Assembly (NCBI GenBank): GCA_045803545.1 | Contig: JBJMOW010000001.1 | Location: 1 to 64,000, forward strand | From: Gemmatimonadaceae bacterium | GTDB taxonomy: Bacteria > Gemmatimonadota > Gemmatimonadetes > Gemmatimonadales > Gemmatimonadaceae | Length of the DNA stretch: 64,000 nucleotides | Direction of reading: 5' to 3' | Part shown: in pieces, positions 12,501-20,334 of the stretch | How the letters are laid out: every line of letters begins with the position of its first letter | How positions within the stretch are numbered: the stretch's first letter is position 1 | Position numbers and translations under genes: made by a program | Notes under the pieces: model-generated | What the model saw: the letters and a program-made list of their open reading frames with translations, nothing else | What the model was told of the DNA's origin: nothing | Database searches by the model: none

Positions 12501-13060
12501 GTCTGCGGACGAACATGCAGATCTATTGGGATCAAGCATTCGTTGGGCGGGCTCTCCCCCGTTCGGCGAGCCGCATCACCGAGCTCGAGCCAGCGTCGGC
12601 GGATCTGCATCTGCGTGGGTTCTCCAGGATGTACCGCAAAGGAGGACGCTACGGACCGTATTGGTTCGATTATTCGCAGGTGACCAAGGAGTCACCTTGG
12701 CGACCGATAGAAGGCTCGTTCACTCGTTTCGGAGATGTGCTTCCACTGCTACGCAAGGCCGACGACATGTACGTCATCATGGGTCCCGGTGATGAGGCCA
12801 CGCTCCAATTCGACGCCAGTTCAGCAACTCACCTGCCGGTCGGATGGAAGCGTGACTTTCTGCTTTACACCGACGGCTGGATCAAGGACTCGGATTTGAA
12901 TACCGCGTTCGGAACGACGGTCAACCCGCTGCCTTACCATAGCATCAAGTCGTACCCATACGCTGCAGGTGATGCGTATCCGACCGATTCGGTACATCAG
13001 CGCTACCAGCAAGAGTACAACACGCGAATGGTCGACAAGCGGTTGTCGACGGTGCGCTGA
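9533..13060 (+). CDS. TPR + FG-GAP repeat + ASPIC/UnbV domain protein with long C-terminal extension
   Basis: Signal-like N-terminus with Cys; TPR repeats (YANLGLTYLQAG); many D-x-D/N-x-D-G-x-x-D loops; HFGLG...IEWPNG ASPIC motif; GSCALAYAWDG-initiated C-terminal domain. Confidence 0.88.
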   Translation: MIIEKHRRCGMLALTACIAFTSSTCRQEHASVEELYTTRMLGLSYLQRNQLTEAESSFKQITKLAPDDPLGYANLGLTYLQAGRFDDAEKQLKKARELDPKNTEIGLALAKVYSLTKRPQDARDLLEAMRKDSTANLHVAYALAEVDAQQQDSASVTRYMDRLRDVLAAAPSNLAVRTQLLRALAQTGQVDSAVHQLEEIRRIPPELPREARVYLDSTIQLLRAGQAANARALLDRFVRTVEVTSPYQASLEDVKWTEGPIAGRPVLTFAPKYFVSLNKVREKATVDQAKFVDATDESGLRSGGGPAQSAFAVGDVDGDGIDDIFVSSVSNGRPETHLYRVQGGFVRDGTDRSGIALSAGAAYATFVDYDNDGWLDLFVIDARGKGLLFHNRGNGSFEDVTAKAGVGQVNGARKGVFVDLDHDGDLDLLLVGDKLTVYRNNLDGTFTDGSASFDIAGVSNASDAVFADFDGDGRTDLFVASAAGAGKLFHNAGIQRFTDATGPSGLARAAAATVAAVGDYNNDGYLDLFLGGHNVEPSLWLNKGDGTFTRDTRSASILRVAQSDDVQAATFVDFDNDGWLDLVVGAKPAAGEKGPALFVFRNDGSGRYLDRSNLLPASAREAGAVAISPSDVDDDGDVDLWLIDGAGAPRLLRNDGGNANLAVNVELKALRTGSGKNNALGIGSRLNLRAGNIYQTQVATGRVTHFGLGPHLKADVLRIEWPNGVPQTIYFPGNDQDVVEREMLKGSCALAYAWDGNEYRFVTDAMWRSALGMPLGLMGGNSAFAPAGASQEYVRISGDALKPRDGKYFLQLTEELWETAYADEVKLVAVDHPDSVDVFVDERFVPPGPVTLHLYEISQRYPPLSATDERGDNVLPALLNADDNYVSNFNPEKYQGAVAKHDLVLDLGATAGQSGSFLFLRGWIYPTDASINVALSQQSSISLAPPSLEVRDARGVWKTVIPSIGFPSGKDKTMVIDLAGKFPTADHHVRLRTNMQIYWDQAFVGRALPRSASRITELEPASADLHLRGFSRMYRKGGRYGPYWFDYSQVTKESPWRPIEGSFTRFGDVLPLLRKADDMYVIMGPGDEATLQFDASSATHLPVGWKRDFLLYTDGWIKDSDLNTAFGTTVNPLPYHSIKSYPYAAGDAYPTDSVHQRYQQEYNTRMVDKRLSTVR

Positions 13061-13077
13061 CCGCGCCTTATACTGTC

Positions 13078-14847
13078 GTGGTGACCCATCGTCCGAAGCC
13101 GGCGATACGCCGAGCTATCATCGCAATTCCCTTCCTCGCAGCGATTCTGTTGGCGATGAGATTGGATCGCGGTCCGATAAGATCCGCGACCGATGCTGGA
13201 CATCCAGGATTTGCATTGCGAGATGTTGCCGCGAACGCCGGCATCAGCTTCGTGCATCACCGACCTACCTTCGACGCGAAGATCGCCGGCATCGAGCCTC
13301 ATGTTGCCGCGCTCGGCGCGTCGGTCTCGGTCACCGACTTCGACGGCGACGGCCGTCCTGATCTCTACTTCACCAACAGCAAGTTCGGCGAACCCAACGG
13401 ACTTTATCGAAATCGTGGAGACGGCACCTTTGAGGAAGTCGCGTCGCGCGCCGGGGTTGCGGATCTGAATAGACCGGGCGAGGGCGTTTCGATGGGCGCG
13501 GTGTGGGGCGACTTCGACAACGATGGCCGAGAGGACTTGCTCGTCTACAGGTATGGCTATCTGGCGCTGTTCAAGAACCTCGACGGCACGCGCTTCGTCG
13601 ATGTCACGGAGCAAGCAGGCCTCCGCCGCTGGGTAAACAGCAACGGCGCGATCTGGATCGACTTCGATCGCGATGGACTGCTGGATCTGTATGTCACCGC
13701 CTATTTCCGCAGCGACATCGATCTCTGGCACCTCACTACCACCCGCATCATGCATAACAGCTTCGAGTTCGCCACCAACGGCGGCAAAAATCTGTTATTC
13801 CGCAACCTCGGCAACGGAAAATTCGAGGACGTCACCGACAAGATGGGGGTGGGGAGCACGCGCTGGACTCTCGCAGCTTCCTCGGCGGATTTCAACGGCG
13901 ACGGTTGGCCCGATATCTATCTCGCCAACGACTATGGACCGGAGGAACTGTACCTCAATGATCACGGCCACCGGTTCGTACTGACGACTGCAGGCCTGGA
14001 GAGCGAATCAAAGAGCGGAATGTCGGTAACTCTCGGGGACGCGTTCAACCGCGGGCGGATCGATGCATTCGTCACCAACATCTCTGAGCGCGGATATCTC
14101 TTTCAGAACAACAATCTGCGCGTCAACGAGATGGCAAGATCGAACGCGTTCCGGAATGTCGCCGAAGGCGCGGTGGCTGATGCGGGGTGGGCCTGGGGCG
14201 CACAGTTCGGGGATTTCAATAACGACGGCGCGAACGAGCTCTTCGTCGCTAACGGATTCATTTCTGCTGATCGCAACAAGAGCTACTGGTACGCAATGTC
14301 GAAGATCGCGGGGGCCAACAGCCGCTTGTTCGAAGATGCCGCCACGTGGCCTGCCTTCGGGAATGCGAGCCTTTCTGGATATGAGGCGTCGCGAGTCTAC
14401 CTCAATCGTGGAGTAGCTGGTTGGGTCGACGTCGCGAGCGAAGTGGGCGCGACTGATTTATATGACGGACGCGCCGTCGCGCTTGCCGATCTGTGGAATC
14501 GAGGCGAGGTAGACATCATCGTTGCAAACCAGAATCAACCAGCGGTCGTCTACCGTGATTCTCCCGACAGCAGCAACCACTGGATCGCATTCAAGTTGAT
14601 TGGAACGCGCAGCAACCGCAGCGCAATCGGAGCCGAGCTGTTGCTGGAGGCGGGAGACTTAACGCAGCGTCGAGTTGTCGACGGCGGTTCAGGCTTCGCC
14701 AGCCAGAATGATCGTCGCCTCCATTTCGGACTTGGCAAACACGAGTGGGTCGATCGGGTGGTAATCAACTGGCCGTCAGGACAACAACAGATTTTGCAAC
14801 GGCCGCCCATCGATCGCTTCAACACCATTGTCGAACCGCAACGGTAA
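13078..14847 (+). CDS. CRTAC1/UnbV-family protein (FG-GAP + ASPIC/UnbV)
   Basis: FG-GAP loops, DAGWAWGAQFGDFNNDG, NRSAIGA, GGSGFASQNDRRLHFGLG, INWPSG. Confidence 0.9.
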   Translation: MVTHRPKPAIRRAIIAIPFLAAILLAMRLDRGPIRSATDAGHPGFALRDVAANAGISFVHHRPTFDAKIAGIEPHVAALGASVSVTDFDGDGRPDLYFTNSKFGEPNGLYRNRGDGTFEEVASRAGVADLNRPGEGVSMGAVWGDFDNDGREDLLVYRYGYLALFKNLDGTRFVDVTEQAGLRRWVNSNGAIWIDFDRDGLLDLYVTAYFRSDIDLWHLTTTRIMHNSFEFATNGGKNLLFRNLGNGKFEDVTDKMGVGSTRWTLAASSADFNGDGWPDIYLANDYGPEELYLNDHGHRFVLTTAGLESESKSGMSVTLGDAFNRGRIDAFVTNISERGYLFQNNNLRVNEMARSNAFRNVAEGAVADAGWAWGAQFGDFNNDGANELFVANGFISADRNKSYWYAMSKIAGANSRLFEDAATWPAFGNASLSGYEASRVYLNRGVAGWVDVASEVGATDLYDGRAVALADLWNRGEVDIIVANQNQPAVVYRDSPDSSNHWIAFKLIGTRSNRSAIGAELLLEAGDLTQRRVVDGGSGFASQNDRRLHFGLGKHEWVDRVVINWPSGQQQILQRPPIDRFNTIVEPQR

Positions 14848-14851
14848 CTCG

Positions 14852-15754
14852 ATGAGCGAAGCAACCGCCAGCGTCGCATCGCAGAACGCGGTGGTCCGCA
14901 CCTGGCAGCGCGCGTCGAAGATCGATCCGCGGTATTTGATCGCGTTTCTCATCACGCTCGTACTCGTCGTGGGCCAACTGCGCTACCACCTGCTCGGCGG
15001 CTATGACCGGCTCGTCATTGCCCTCGGTGTGTGCATGGCGACAGAAGCGCTGCTGTCATGGTTCGATCGAGGAAAGGTCGTCAATCTGCTCAGCGCCTAC
15101 ATCAGCGGCATCAGCCTCACGCTTTTGATCAAGCCGCAGGGCGGCGCATTGTGGCCGTTCGTAATCGGTGGTTTCATCGCCATCGCATCGAAGTACGTCC
15201 TTCGCTACCGCGAGAGCCATCTCTGGAATCCCACCAATTTCGCGATCGCCGCACTGCTGTTGGCGGCGCCTGATCGCATTTCAGTCTTGAGTCATCAGTT
15301 CGGCAACGACGTCACAACCAATCTGGTGATATGGATTTTCGGCTTGATCATCGCCGCGCGCGTTGGGGTGCTGCACATCACGTTGACCTATGTGATCAGC
15401 TTCCTGCTGCTGAATACCGCCAGAGCGACGCTGCTTGGGCAACCCGTAGTTCCCGAGATCGCCCCAATCACCGGGCCGATGTACCAGCTATTCGTGTTCT
15501 TCATGATCACCGACCCACGCACGGTCGTGCGAGGGCGCAGGAAACAAATCGTCGTGGCCGTTCTGATCGCTGTTGCAGAAACGGTGATACGATTTGCGGC
15601 TGACGAGGGATGGTCACTGCCAATTGGAGTAACTGCCGCGCCTGCGTTTTATGCGCTGGCCACCATCGGCCCAATCGCAAAGTGGCTCGATCTGCGGCGC
15701 GCGAAAAAAGCAACAACGACGGAAGCCTTCACCGCCGCGCGAAGCCAGTTATAG
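14852..15754 (+). CDS. UnbU-like / RnfD-NqrB-family integral membrane protein
   Basis: SAYISG, SKYVLR, HLWNPTNF, FFMITDPRT motifs; ~9 TM segments; directly after the UnbV homolog. Confidence 0.8.
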   Translation: MSEATASVASQNAVVRTWQRASKIDPRYLIAFLITLVLVVGQLRYHLLGGYDRLVIALGVCMATEALLSWFDRGKVVNLLSAYISGISLTLLIKPQGGALWPFVIGGFIAIASKYVLRYRESHLWNPTNFAIAALLLAAPDRISVLSHQFGNDVTTNLVIWIFGLIIAARVGVLHITLTYVISFLLLNTARATLLGQPVVPEIAPITGPMYQLFVFFMITDPRTVVRGRRKQIVVAVLIAVAETVIRFAADEGWSLPIGVTAAPAFYALATIGPIAKWLDLRRAKKATTTEAFTAARSQL

Positions 15755-15758
15755 ATCT

Positions 15759-15774
15759 CCCTTCTTAAGAAGGG
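15759..15774. terminator. palindrome between convergent operons, possible terminator hairpin
   Basis: Perfect palindrome CCCTTCTTAAGAAGGG in the 33-bp gap; no strong U-tract. Confidence 0.4.
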
Positions 15775-15787
15775 TCTTGCCACACGG

Positions 15788-16384
15788 TCAGGCTGCAGCG
15801 GCGATGGACGGGCGATGGTGCGCGCAGGTGCACATCATCTTCACGGCGTCCCGTGCCGGCGGATACACGTGATAGTACATGGCGATCACCATCGGAATGA
15901 AGACGATGGTGTTGTAGAACAAGTGGAGCTCGATGCGCGGAAACCAGATCTGGCCGACGCTCGTTGGTACGTTGCCGCCGAACCAGTAGTGATGGGTGTT
16001 CGCCTGGTAGAACAGGATGAAGTGCTCGAAATGGTGCCAGAACTGGATCCAGAACGACGCCATCCACCACTTGTGCGATGTGCCGACGAATCCTTTGCGG
16101 AGGATCCAAAGGCCGACGAGCATCACCAGGGCGAAGCCGTAGTGTAGCGTTTCAGTCTTCATCAACCACGGATAGTACATACCGAGCAAACCCATCGACA
16201 TCTGGCGCGACCAGTGGAGGCCGTAGAACTGGTAAGCCTGGATGATGTGCTCGGCCCAATGGAGCAGCACGATGACCATTAACCCCTGCAACGCGAGCTT
16301 GTGGTAGCGAGTGTTCAGACTCTCGACAAACCCGGACGATAGGGCGCTTGAAAGTGGATGGATGTCGGGTGTCGTTGCGGTCAT
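15788..16384 (-). CDS. His-rich integral membrane hypothetical protein
   Basis: About 4 TM helices with HWAEH, ETLHYG, WHHFEH, IELHLFYN; C-terminal CTCAHH; start just after the halogenase stop. Confidence 0.8.
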   Translation of the reverse strand: MTATTPDIHPLSSALSSGFVESLNTRYHKLALQGLMVIVLLHWAEHIIQAYQFYGLHWSRQMSMGLLGMYYPWLMKTETLHYGFALVMLVGLWILRKGFVGTSHKWWMASFWIQFWHHFEHFILFYQANTHHYWFGGNVPTSVGQIWFPRIELHLFYNTIVFIPMVIAMYYHVYPPARDAVKMMCTCAHHRPSIAAAA

Positions 16385-16394
16385 GCGCCAGACT

Positions 16395-18059
16395 CTAAAG
16401 TTGGGTTTTCGGTGCGCCAACTATGCGGTCAGGGGTGGCGGTCGTCAAGCTGAAAATCGCCTCGGCTAAGGGCGAACCCCGAAGCGCCGGCAAGGCCGCC
16501 AGCAGCTCATGACGCGACATCCCGAGCAGCGTGTGCGCATCGAGCAACGCATCGAAATCAACCGGATAGAGATTTTGGTATTTCGGATCTCCAAGTCCAG
16601 CCACGTTGCGTGGCTTGATCGACCGATGGACCCATTCAACAAATCCACGGCGGGCATCCTGTGCCCCCATTGGCTTCCCTTGCGCAAGAATGTGCTCGAG
16701 CCGTCGCAGCGATTCCCGGGGCAACGGCTCGAGCACCGGATCGCCAACACCCAGGAAGCCGCGCCACGCGATCGAGTCATCAGGCTGTAATCGCTGACTC
16801 GCTTCGGCGAAGGATACAGCTGCGAAGTAAAGCATCGCCTGCGCGCTGAAAAGATCGAAACTCGCCATCGCCCGATAAGCGCCGGCAACCAGCAGGTCGA
16901 TCTGATCGCCTTCGGCCAAAAGCGCAGCCGAGTACCGATCGCGGGTTGATGGCGAAGGAACGCGCGAGCCAGATGCGACTGCCTCGAACATCAGTGCGAT
17001 ACGTTCGACGACGCGCAAGCTCCAGGATATTCCTGTCGAGAACAATGGATCGACGAAGGCAAATGCGTGCGGCATCAACAGCCATCGGTCTCCGGAGGAT
17101 TGCGCGAGACGATGCTGAATGAGCGGCCGAAACGCGATTGGCATCGAGGGTTTCGCATCAGAGAACAGGTCACCGATGGTTGGATAGCGGGCAAGCAACG
17201 TCTGCCAAAACGCTTCACCGCTTACGGACGTGCCACTCGGCAAGGAGCCCACGATCTGCGGATTGAGCAGGAATCCAGCGCTAGTTGTGCCGTGATCAAA
17301 CCGGAGGGAGTACATCCAGCCTTCGTCGATCACGTGATGGACTGCGGCCCAATCTTCAGGATATGGTCCCACAGGCAAACCAGGCACAGAGTCCTGCATC
17401 AGGCTTACGCCATCGAAATGGCTGAACACGAGCGCGGCACGAGTGTGAGTACGCGCCAGATCGGAAGCCAGCGAGAGCTGGCGGGCGAGAAAACCGCCGG
17501 GTCCCGAAGCGTCGATGACAAACGAAACGTCGAACTGCACGACTTCACCGAGCCGCGTTCCACCAAGCGTCGCATGGTTACGGGAGAACGAAGCAGAGTT
17601 TAGATCGACGTGGTCGAAGTAATCGACGCCTGCGGCAACAGCTTGATCGACAAAATGTTGATCGACGTCAGCGCGAAACCAATGTGAATCGGCGATGGCG
17701 TCGCCGGGACTGGCAGCGACCAGCAGTCGCTCCGAATCAGGCCCGCGATCCTCGAAGCGTTGGCCGGGATGATGGCGGTAGAAGGTGAAGCCGCGTTTCA
17801 AGCCGCGGCGCAGCTGCGGGAATCGCTTAACCCAGCGCCCATGTGCTGCCAGCGCATAACAGTCTTCGAGACCGTAGCGCAGACCGATTCTCTCCAGAGA
17901 AAGGTTGGCTAGGGGCGTGGATGATTCTCCGATTGCAAAACGTGGATGCATCCCACGCTCGAGAAGGACGACGTCGTAGCCAATGCTGGTAAGAATTCGC
18001 GCCAGCAGAGAGCCGGCAAAGCCGCTGCCGACAATGGCTATTTCATACCTGGACTTCAC
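16395..18059 (-). CDS. flavin-dependent halogenase-like FAD oxidoreductase (Trp-halogenase superfamily)
   Basis: GSGFAG Rossmann motif, HPRFAIGES, GLKRGF, IDASG, GWMYSL, AFVDPLFSTG; GTG start overlaps the radical SAM stop (GTGA). Confidence 0.82.
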   Translation of the reverse strand: MKSRYEIAIVGSGFAGSLLARILTSIGYDVVLLERGMHPRFAIGESSTPLANLSLERIGLRYGLEDCYALAAHGRWVKRFPQLRRGLKRGFTFYRHHPGQRFEDRGPDSERLLVAASPGDAIADSHWFRADVDQHFVDQAVAAGVDYFDHVDLNSASFSRNHATLGGTRLGEVVQFDVSFVIDASGPGGFLARQLSLASDLARTHTRAALVFSHFDGVSLMQDSVPGLPVGPYPEDWAAVHHVIDEGWMYSLRFDHGTTSAGFLLNPQIVGSLPSGTSVSGEAFWQTLLARYPTIGDLFSDAKPSMPIAFRPLIQHRLAQSSGDRWLLMPHAFAFVDPLFSTGISWSLRVVERIALMFEAVASGSRVPSPSTRDRYSAALLAEGDQIDLLVAGAYRAMASFDLFSAQAMLYFAAVSFAEASQRLQPDDSIAWRGFLGVGDPVLEPLPRESLRRLEHILAQGKPMGAQDARRGFVEWVHRSIKPRNVAGLGDPKYQNLYPVDFDALLDAHTLLGMSRHELLAALPALRGSPLAEAIFSLTTATPDRIVGAPKTQL

Positions 18060-19003
18060 AATTGACCGCACGCCTGACAAGGCGGACCGGACTCCAGCAC
18101 CCCACTGAGATTTGCGGCGCGCAGTCGCTTGACGCGGGCTACTCTGCACTCATCACAAGCGTCCAGCTGCGCAATGTCCCACAGGTCCGCTGTGACGACG
18201 GTTTTGGATTGGCTGATCGTCGCTTTCATCGCTTCTTCAAGCTGACGCAATGTCGGTGGCGTGAAGAATCCAAGCTGCTGCAGGCGCTCGAGCTCTCCGT
18301 TTCCTGGGCGCACCGGGATAATGGAGACCATTGAAGCGCCCGCCGACGCAGCGTACTCCACTGTGCGCACAGTCCACTCAACGCTCTCCGATGTCGGAAC
18401 GTACGGCATACCGAGCAGCACGAACACGCGCACGTCTATTTCATGCGCGTTGAGAAGCGTTACTGCGTGATCGAACCTAGCCAAATCCAATCGCTTGTTA
18501 CTTTCGGCCAGCGCAACCGGGTGAATCGACTCCAATCCAAGTGCGACCTCCAAACGGCCAGGGATCGAATCAGCGAAATCTGTGGCGCGTTGACCAATCG
18601 TCGCGGCATGCGATTCAACGGTGATCGCCTCAATTCCGCTGAGCAGGCTGGCGATGCCTGCTACGTCAGCGGGCGGCACAGCCCGCGGATCGAAGAAGTT
18701 GCTGGCGTTGTAAAGCTTCACGCGATTCGGCATCGGTCCTTCGCGCGAAGCGAGCACTTGCTCCAGCTGCGCCGTCAGCGCGCCGCTGGGGGTCGGACCG
18801 TCGATGGTCCACTGCCACAAATCGCAGAATGAACAGGCGAACGGACATTCTGCGCCGACAAGAAAGACGGTGAGTGACTGCTCGATCCTTCCGTCAGGGC
18901 GTCGCTCTTTCTCCAACAGCGTCCCGTGCGCACGGTGAGGATCGACGCGCGCCTTGGGCGGACGAAGGCTCCTGATACGGTTATCAGCCGTCTCCAGATT
19001 CAC
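18056..19003 (-). CDS. radical SAM protein, archaeosine RaSEA-like
   Basis: CPFACSFC (CxxxCxxC), KLYNASNFFD, TVESH, LEVALGLES, C-terminal CDEC and CQAC; family assignment from motif recall. Confidence 0.8.
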   Translation of the reverse strand: MNLETADNRIRSLRPPKARVDPHRAHGTLLEKERRPDGRIEQSLTVFLVGAECPFACSFCDLWQWTIDGPTPSGALTAQLEQVLASREGPMPNRVKLYNASNFFDPRAVPPADVAGIASLLSGIEAITVESHAATIGQRATDFADSIPGRLEVALGLESIHPVALAESNKRLDLARFDHAVTLLNAHEIDVRVFVLLGMPYVPTSESVEWTVRTVEYAASAGASMVSIIPVRPGNGELERLQQLGFFTPPTLRQLEEAMKATISQSKTVVTADLWDIAQLDACDECRVARVKRLRAANLSGVLESGPPCQACGQL

Positions 19004-20334
19004 GCTACGACGGCGTGGAGCCCCTGAAAATGACGCCGGTAACGGGTCTCGTTCTCCGGAAAGAATCGCGAGATCTTGTCCGCCGCTACGGAGCCGTGTT
19101 GGAAGCGACGCTTCTCGTACACCGGCATATCAATACCGAGTACTGCTCGAATGCCGCGCTTCACCACTTCTCCCTTGAGCGCATACAGGCGCTCGTGCGA
19201 TCCCTGTGTCAGCTCGGCGAAAGGAATTGCCTCGGCGACTGCAATCACGGCCGGCCTCGTGTAGGGGCTGAAATCAGTGAAGCCGAATTCACGAGCGCAC
19301 GCATAGCCACGTACGCAGCCGCGGCTGTAGCCACCGGAGTAAGTGAGCGAGTGCTTGATCGACTCGACTCCCCAGCCTTCCTGATAGAGCATCCGGTTGT
19401 TGACGACACTGCGGATGGTGAGCTCGCTGTTAGCCTCGATCGGGTAGTCTTTCAGATTCTCGTCACCGCCATCTCCGTCGACGAGCAGCTTCCAGTCGGG
19501 ATAGCGCTCCCTGATGCACGCGAGAAGAGCGAGATTCACGGCAGCGCAGTCGACATCTAACGGCTTGTAGTCTTCGATGACTGCGATCGCTCGCAAGGGA
19601 TCGAGCGCGGTGGACGGGACCTCCACCACTTCGCCCAGCATCTCGAGATCGGTTCGACGAAGAAACTCACGGGCCTGCGTGGCATCGTCTCCCTCGCCGT
19701 CGATCGAAAGAGTGAATGCCTTGAGGCGCGCCGGGGACTGTCCCTCATCCAACATCGCTCTGTAGAGACAGAGCAGGACCGACCCGCTATCGATCCCACC
19801 GGAGAACGGGACACCGATTGGAGCCGACCTGTCCTGAACCTGGAGCCAGCGGCGAATCTCGGAGTAAAGCGCTTCGATGTAGCGCTTGCCAATGACGTCG
19901 AGATCGGCGGGGAGAATTCCGCGCGGGGGATCGAAGAAGCGGCGATAGACGGGATTTGGATCTGGGCAGCCGACTAACCGCAACGTAGTGATATGGTGAG
20001 CGGGGACCATTCGCGTATAAGAAGGATGAAACTGATCTCCCCACCCCCGACGGGCGAGCTCCGCAGCAATTTCGTCGATTCGTTCCGCAACAATTAGCGC
20101 CGGCCCTTCTACTGCCTTCGCCAGAAAGTAACGCAGGGGTCGATCGAGACTGCGAGCCAGGAGAACACGCTCGCCGTCCTGAACCACTAAAGCGAAGGAG
20201 CCATCGATCTCAAGAACGCCATCGGCATCACTAGCGAGCAACCGGCGCCTCGCCTCAGATTCGTCGATCGTCCAGAATCGCTGTGATCTCTCAGATATCA
20301 GGTTGATGACGCGAGATAAATGTTGTTGGGTCAT
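19000..20334 (-). CDS. asparagine-synthetase-like ATP pyrophosphatase (amide ligase) lacking the glutaminase Cys
   Basis: PP-loop FSGGIDS, GDGGDENL, degenerate Ntn-like N-terminus (DGSFALV) without N-terminal Cys; AGGGAG upstream of ATG 20334; GTGA overlap with next gene. Confidence 0.85.
   Translation of the reverse strand: MTQQHLSRVINLISERSQRFWTIDESEARRRLLASDADGVLEIDGSFALVVQDGERVLLARSLDRPLRYFLAKAVEGPALIVAERIDEIAAELARRGWGDQFHPSYTRMVPAHHITTLRLVGCPDPNPVYRRFFDPPRGILPADLDVIGKRYIEALYSEIRRWLQVQDRSAPIGVPFSGGIDSGSVLLCLYRAMLDEGQSPARLKAFTLSIDGEGDDATQAREFLRRTDLEMLGEVVEVPSTALDPLRAIAVIEDYKPLDVDCAAVNLALLACIRERYPDWKLLVDGDGGDENLKDYPIEANSELTIRSVVNNRMLYQEGWGVESIKHSLTYSGGYSRGCVRGYACAREFGFTDFSPYTRPAVIAVAEAIPFAELTQGSHERLYALKGEVVKRGIRAVLGIDMPVYEKRRFQHGSVAADKISRFFPENETRYRRHFQGLHAVVA

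Noticed and set aside
14852..15754. Respiratory Rnf/Nqr complex
   Set aside because: Only one D/B-like subunit; none of the other subunits present
19000..20334. Lasso-peptide cyclase interpretation of the Asn-synthetase-like gene
   Set aside because: No RRE/B1, transglutaminase-like B2 peptidase or precursor ORF nearby; intergenic gaps are too small to hide one
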